Shown here: piece after piece, positions 7,494 to 11,100 of the stretch
Numbering within the stretch: the first letter of the stretch is position 1
Layout of the letters: every line of letters begins with the position of its first letter
Origin: Pseudobacteriovorax sp.
Lineage (GTDB): Bacteria > Bdellovibrionota_B > Oligoflexia > Oligoflexales > Oligoflexaceae
Length of the DNA stretch: 11,100 nucleotides
Direction: 5' to 3'
NCBI GenBank assembly: GCA_050293845.1
Contig: JBNKNM010000189.1
Span: 1 to 11,100 of the forward strand
Made by a program: the position numbers and the translations under genes
The notes under the pieces: generated by a model
Database searches by the model: none
The model's input: the letters and a program-made list of their open reading frames with translations, nothing else
Told to the model about the DNA's origin: nothing

Positions 7494-9749
7494 GTGAAAA
7501 TTTTAAGCAGCATAGCAGTATTTTTGCCACTGTTACTGATCATCTCCTGCGGTGCCAAGATGGATTCTAAGGCTAGTAATCCTAGTAATCTTTCTATTTA
7601 TGGGGGACATCCGACAGCACCAGGGGATTGGCTAGGTGTAGTTTCACTACGCCGTGAGGGGTATCCCTTCTGTACGGGAACCCTTATCCACCCTAAGCTG
7701 GTTGTAACAGCTGCACACTGCATGGGAGGTATATCCTCGAATAATATAGATTCACTTTCCGTTGTTTTTGGCAACGGGAGTGCAGAAGAACTCTGGGGAG
7801 AAAAAATTAAATCTTTTGGTGTCCATCCAGATTTCAACCTTACAAAGCGCCCAGACAAGAAAGACTCCATGGGTTACGCAAATGACATCGCCTATATCAT
7901 TTTGGAAGAGGACACACACGGCATAACCCCCCTGACCGTATTAACAGACGTCAGCGCAAGGGAGACCCTACTAAAGCAGGGAACTTCTGTGACCTTAGTA
8001 GGTTACGGGCAAACAGAAACGGGGCTTACAGGCATAAAATACGAAGTTGATACCCGTATTACCAACGACCAAAACGGTAATGAGATCCTGGCTGGAGCGA
8101 ATGGTAAAGATACCTGTTACGGCGATAGTGGCGGACCTGCCATCGCTTACGGGGCGGAAGGTGAGCCTCTGATTTTTGGAGTGACCTCAAGAAGCCCCTT
8201 TGAATGTGGAAAAAAAGATACTATTTACGGGCTCATTCATCCACATCTCTGCTGGATTGCAGAGGCTTCTGATGTTATATCCGACCTCGACTTCACCCGT
8301 AGCTTTCCCGATATTCACTGCAACGAACAAACGAATGCCCAGGTAAACTATGATTTTGTCGCATCATGTTTAGACTCCTACAACTTGGACGTCAGGGAAG
8401 CCCTTAGCTTCCGGGCTTTAAAAGCGCGTTATGAGGAAGACGATTGTAATGAATTACACATAAAATTATCCAGCACGCAGCATTTAGATCTCGAAAACTT
8501 GCTTTTTAAAGATCTCAACTTCCTTACAGGGCTTGCTCCCGAGACTTTATCATTAGAAAACAATAGTATAGAAGATATCCATTCGTATGTAAAAAACAAG
8601 TCCTTAAAAAACCTCAAAGCCGCTCATAATAAAATAAAACAATTGCCTGATTTTAGCTTTAATAGTCAGCTGCAATCCTTGGACATTTCCCACAATAGGG
8701 TAAAATCCCTCATGGGCTTGACTCAGGCCAATCAATTGAAAACATTGTCCATTGCTAATAATAAACTGGAATCGACCGACGGCATCGCCCAAGCTCCCCA
8801 TATAAAACAGCTAGATCTGTATGCCAACAGAATCGAACAACTAACTGGGGTGGAGAATCTTAAGGAACTTGAATCCATAAACTTTTCACACAACATGGTT
8901 TTGCAAATTGATCAATTAGACGGACTAGAGCAGTTAAGAGAAATCATAGCTGAAAATAATTGTATCGGTTCCCTCAACGGCTTATCGTATCTGCCAAAAT
9001 TGGAAACATTAGAATTAAGCAGCAATTGCATTACAGGGGTACAGAATCTCAGTATTCCCGCAAAATCGATTAACCTGGCAAAAAATTATATTACGGATGC
9101 AGACGGTATCATCGATATACAAACACTAGAATCCCTTGACCTCTCCAACAACAAAATCGAGCAGTTGCATTTCATCGATCATACTCCCCTTGAGTCACTG
9201 GTATTGAATTTCAACCAAATCAAGACAATCTCTGGATCAGCAAGTAACTTAGAAAGGCTAGAGCTGGTAGCAAACGAGATCAAAGATATATCGTTTGTTG
9301 AAAATTTGAAGAAGCTTAGTTCGCTCCATCTTGTCGATAACCTCATACAAGATTACACCCCCTTAAAAAAATTAGACCGACTATCCCAAGTTGCTTTAAC
9401 GTACGATAGAAATATAAACTTCCAAAATGATTTGGTACAAAGCTTAAAACAGAAGGGTGTGCAAGTAGATCTTTATGTAACATTCAGATTGCAGAGGTTT
9501 CAAGCAGCATTGGCAAGCCAGTATCCTCGTTTTGGAACACAGGGTGCAAATATAGCCGAAATCGTAATTGCATTGGCTCTTATCAATGAAACTGATTTAA
9601 TCTGGGAAATCAATGAACACGGTACTTATATGGAATTTCTTGATTTAGTTATAAATGCCCTTTTCGAATCAATCGATGAGGATACTTTCCGATTAAAAAA
9701 ACCTGAACAAAACTTATTTGTATCTTTTGCAGCACAGGAGTCAAACTGA
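7494..9749 (+). CDS. Lipoprotein with S1 trypsin-like serine protease domain fused to leucine-rich repeats
   Basis: GTG 7494 after GAGGG gives MKILSSIAVFLPLLLIISC (lipobox-like). IYGG activation motif at 7596, catalytic triad motifs TAAHC / NDIA / GDSGGP, then about 14 LxxLxLxxNxI repeats of about 22 aa. The track start is 7446. Confidence 0.92.
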   Translation: MKILSSIAVFLPLLLIISCGAKMDSKASNPSNLSIYGGHPTAPGDWLGVVSLRREGYPFCTGTLIHPKLVVTAAHCMGGISSNNIDSLSVVFGNGSAEELWGEKIKSFGVHPDFNLTKRPDKKDSMGYANDIAYIILEEDTHGITPLTVLTDVSARETLLKQGTSVTLVGYGQTETGLTGIKYEVDTRITNDQNGNEILAGANGKDTCYGDSGGPAIAYGAEGEPLIFGVTSRSPFECGKKDTIYGLIHPHLCWIAEASDVISDLDFTRSFPDIHCNEQTNAQVNYDFVASCLDSYNLDVREALSFRALKARYEEDDCNELHIKLSSTQHLDLENLLFKDLNFLTGLAPETLSLENNSIEDIHSYVKNKSLKNLKAAHNKIKQLPDFSFNSQLQSLDISHNRVKSLMGLTQANQLKTLSIANNKLESTDGIAQAPHIKQLDLYANRIEQLTGVENLKELESINFSHNMVLQIDQLDGLEQLREIIAENNCIGSLNGLSYLPKLETLELSSNCITGVQNLSIPAKSINLAKNYITDADGIIDIQTLESLDLSNNKIEQLHFIDHTPLESLVLNFNQIKTISGSASNLERLELVANEIKDISFVENLKKLSSLHLVDNLIQDYTPLKKLDRLSQVALTYDRNINFQNDLVQSLKQKGVQVDLYVTFRLQRFQAALASQYPRFGTQGANIAEIVIALALINETDLIWEINEHGTYMEFLDLVINALFESIDEDTFRLKKPEQNLFVSFAAQESN
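8476..9400 (+). repeat. Leucine-rich repeat array (internalin/SDS22-like, protein-level)
   Basis: Examples are LQSLDISHNRVKSL, LKTLSIANNKLES, IKQLDLYANRIEQL, LETLELSSNCITGV and LESLDLSNNKIEQL. Boundaries are approximate. Confidence 0.9.
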
Positions 9750-10015
9750 TGAGAATTATATTTTGGGGGATACTAGCAGCGATAACCATGACTTCTTGTT
9801 CGGGAGGATCCAGTAATACATCAAAGAAGAGCCCACCACCTATCCAGGAAAATTCTATTAGCTTAGTAGGCTGCGACGAATTTGATTATGACAGTGAAGA
9901 TATTACGGTTTATGCATTAACGGGAATCATCAAGCGCAATCGCGAAAAACTGAAAAATAAAAGCTTTTCAGAGATTTTTCAAGCGATTAATAAGAGCTGT
10001 ACAAAGCCCAGCTAG
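9749..10015 (+). CDS. Small hypothetical lipoprotein (88 aa)
   Basis: The ATG overlaps the upstream stop (TGATG). MRIIFWGILAAITMTSC is a lipoprotein-type signal, followed by a Ser/Gly/Pro linker and two further Cys. Confidence 0.75.
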   Translation: MRIIFWGILAAITMTSCSGGSSNTSKKSPPPIQENSISLVGCDEFDYDSEDITVYALTGIIKRNREKLKNKSFSEIFQAINKSCTKPS

Positions 10016-10053
10016 ATGATGTTATGGTGATTACTTAGTCAAGCATTCCCCAT

Positions 10054-10100
10054 AAAAGCTGTCCATCGGCAATCCCAAACAGTGATTGCTGATGGACAGC
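10054..10100 (-). terminator. Long hairpin between convergent genes (probable intrinsic terminator)
   Basis: GCTGTCCATCGGCAATC (10058-10074) / GATTGCTGATGGACAGC (10084-10100), a 17-bp stem with one non-Watson-Crick position and a 9-nt loop. It is followed by UUUU on the minus strand. Confidence 0.6.
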
Positions 10101-10154
10101 GAACCGCTACAAGTAGCAGCGAGGATTTTTCGACTTTATCGCAACTTGAGCATG

Positions 10155-10939
10155 CTAAAGTAATACCGTAAACACAAAAACCCTACCTTCACTTCCAAAC
10201 GGCCCTTGCACCTGTTCGAAGTGCTGGACAGCTCTATCGTCATTTATCACAATATCCAATTCCCAGTTGACATTATCAACAACCATTTCGATGGTATTAT
10301 TTTCAATATATAGATCCCTTACAATCAATGGAATCACACCAATAACAGCTCCACTGCAGTCAGCTGAAGCATAGATCTCATTCTGAACTATTGGTAAGAT
10401 CCTAACTCCAAAGTTAACTTGAACGAGCTTTAGCACAACAAAAAAGCTCTCCAATGCTGAGATGCTCTCACATTGGGACTTAATAGTTCGATTGACTAAA
10501 TCTGGATACCCTTGTCGCCACTTCAATATTCTAATTTGTGGTTCGGTTAGTCCATTGCTATCCACCCCTTGGAGACAAAGCTCCACATCACCATGAAAAT
10601 CATGTAAATCTAGAAATAGTTCTTTTGAAGACTGCTATGAATCATCCACGAACTAACTTGCTCGCAATCTTGACTAATCGTGTATTTAATCGACTCAACA
10701 CCAATTTCTAGAAAACTCAAACTAACGAACCTAGACCTATTGAAACCCTCTTCCGGCCATCCAGTGACTTCATATCGCCCCGAATAACCATCAACCTCAA
10801 TACTGTCACCTTCCTCGGAAACTTGCCCTTCGACAGCAGGAAGATCTTCAACTCCCCGTATGAACGATTCATTACTAATTAACCTACTGTTCTTACACAA
10901 CGAAATAAGTAATAGTGTAAATAAAGCGTATTTTAACAT
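10155..10939 (-). pseudogene. Single secreted/lipoprotein gene split by a 1-nt frameshift (ORFs 10610-10939 and 10155-10586)
   Basis: The downstream frame is open from 10634 and overlaps the upstream ORF. Adding one base to the T4 run at 10623-10626 joins them into ...WMIHSSLQKELFLDLHDFHGDVELCLQGVDSNG... (261 aa). Only the upstream ORF has a signal peptide. Confidence 0.7.
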
Positions 10940-11001
10940 ATCCCATACTCACTATATTACCATTATGTTATTTTAGGATATCGGAGATGATTTTGGCTTA
11001 A

Positions 11002-11100
11002 GTCAATTACCCCCACCTAAAGAAGGGGGCTTGTGAGGTGACTCGCAAGGGAGACTAGTTGACCAGACCACTAGCAAGAAAGGATGTTTAAATACAGTAT
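11002..11100 (+). ncRNA. 5' part of a HEARO/omegaRNA scaffold (end of an IS200/IS605 IscB/IsrB element), truncated by the window edge
   Basis: GTCAATTACCCCCACCTAAAGAAGGGGGCTTG...TAGTTGACCAGAC matches the GTCAAYnACCCC..TAAA..GGGCTTG..GTTGACCAG pattern I recall for HEARO/omegaRNA 5' ends. GTCAATTA (11002-11009) pairs with TAGTTGAC (11056-11063), enclosing a CCCCC/GGGGG hairpin (11010-11029) and a CTTGTGAG-GTGA-CTCGCAAG GNRA hairpin (11030-11049). Confidence 0.75.

Noticed and set aside
7598..8801. Antisense ORFs within the protease-LRR gene
   Set aside because: Shadow frames.
8476..9400. Periodic sequence considered as a CRISPR-like or nucleotide repeat array
   Set aside because: The ~66-nt periodicity is explained by LRR coding. 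I saw no identical DNA repeats with spacers anywhere in the window.
11010..11049. Reading the terminal hairpins as a simple terminator or tRNA fragment
   Set aside because: No gene ends there on the + strand, there is no U-tract and no T-loop/D-loop consensus. The enclosing GTCAA/TTGAC stem fits HEARO/omegaRNA better.

Overview
AT-rich bacterial chromosomal window. The gene content (trypsin-LRR lipoprotein, stand-alone PilZ protein, secreted beta-rich proteins) suggests Bdellovibrionota/Oligoflexia, which is an inference. From left to right: a receiver-domain response regulator running off the left edge (missed by the ORF track), an MsbA-like ABC half-transporter, a membrane hypothetical, a GNAT acetyltransferase, a decayed BlaI/MecI/CopY repressor with a probable BlaR1/M56 partner remnant and palindromic operators, a secreted eukaryote-type cyclophilin, a TetR regulator with its operator, a secreted hypothetical, a PilZ protein, a trypsin-protease/LRR lipoprotein coupled to a small lipoprotein, and a secreted protein gene split by a 1-nt frameshift. 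The last ~100 nt (from 11002) fold like the 5' end of a HEARO/omegaRNA of an IS200/IS605 IscB/IsrB (OMEGA) RNA-guided element, with a candidate guide and promoter in the flank. Any nuclease gene would lie beyond the window.
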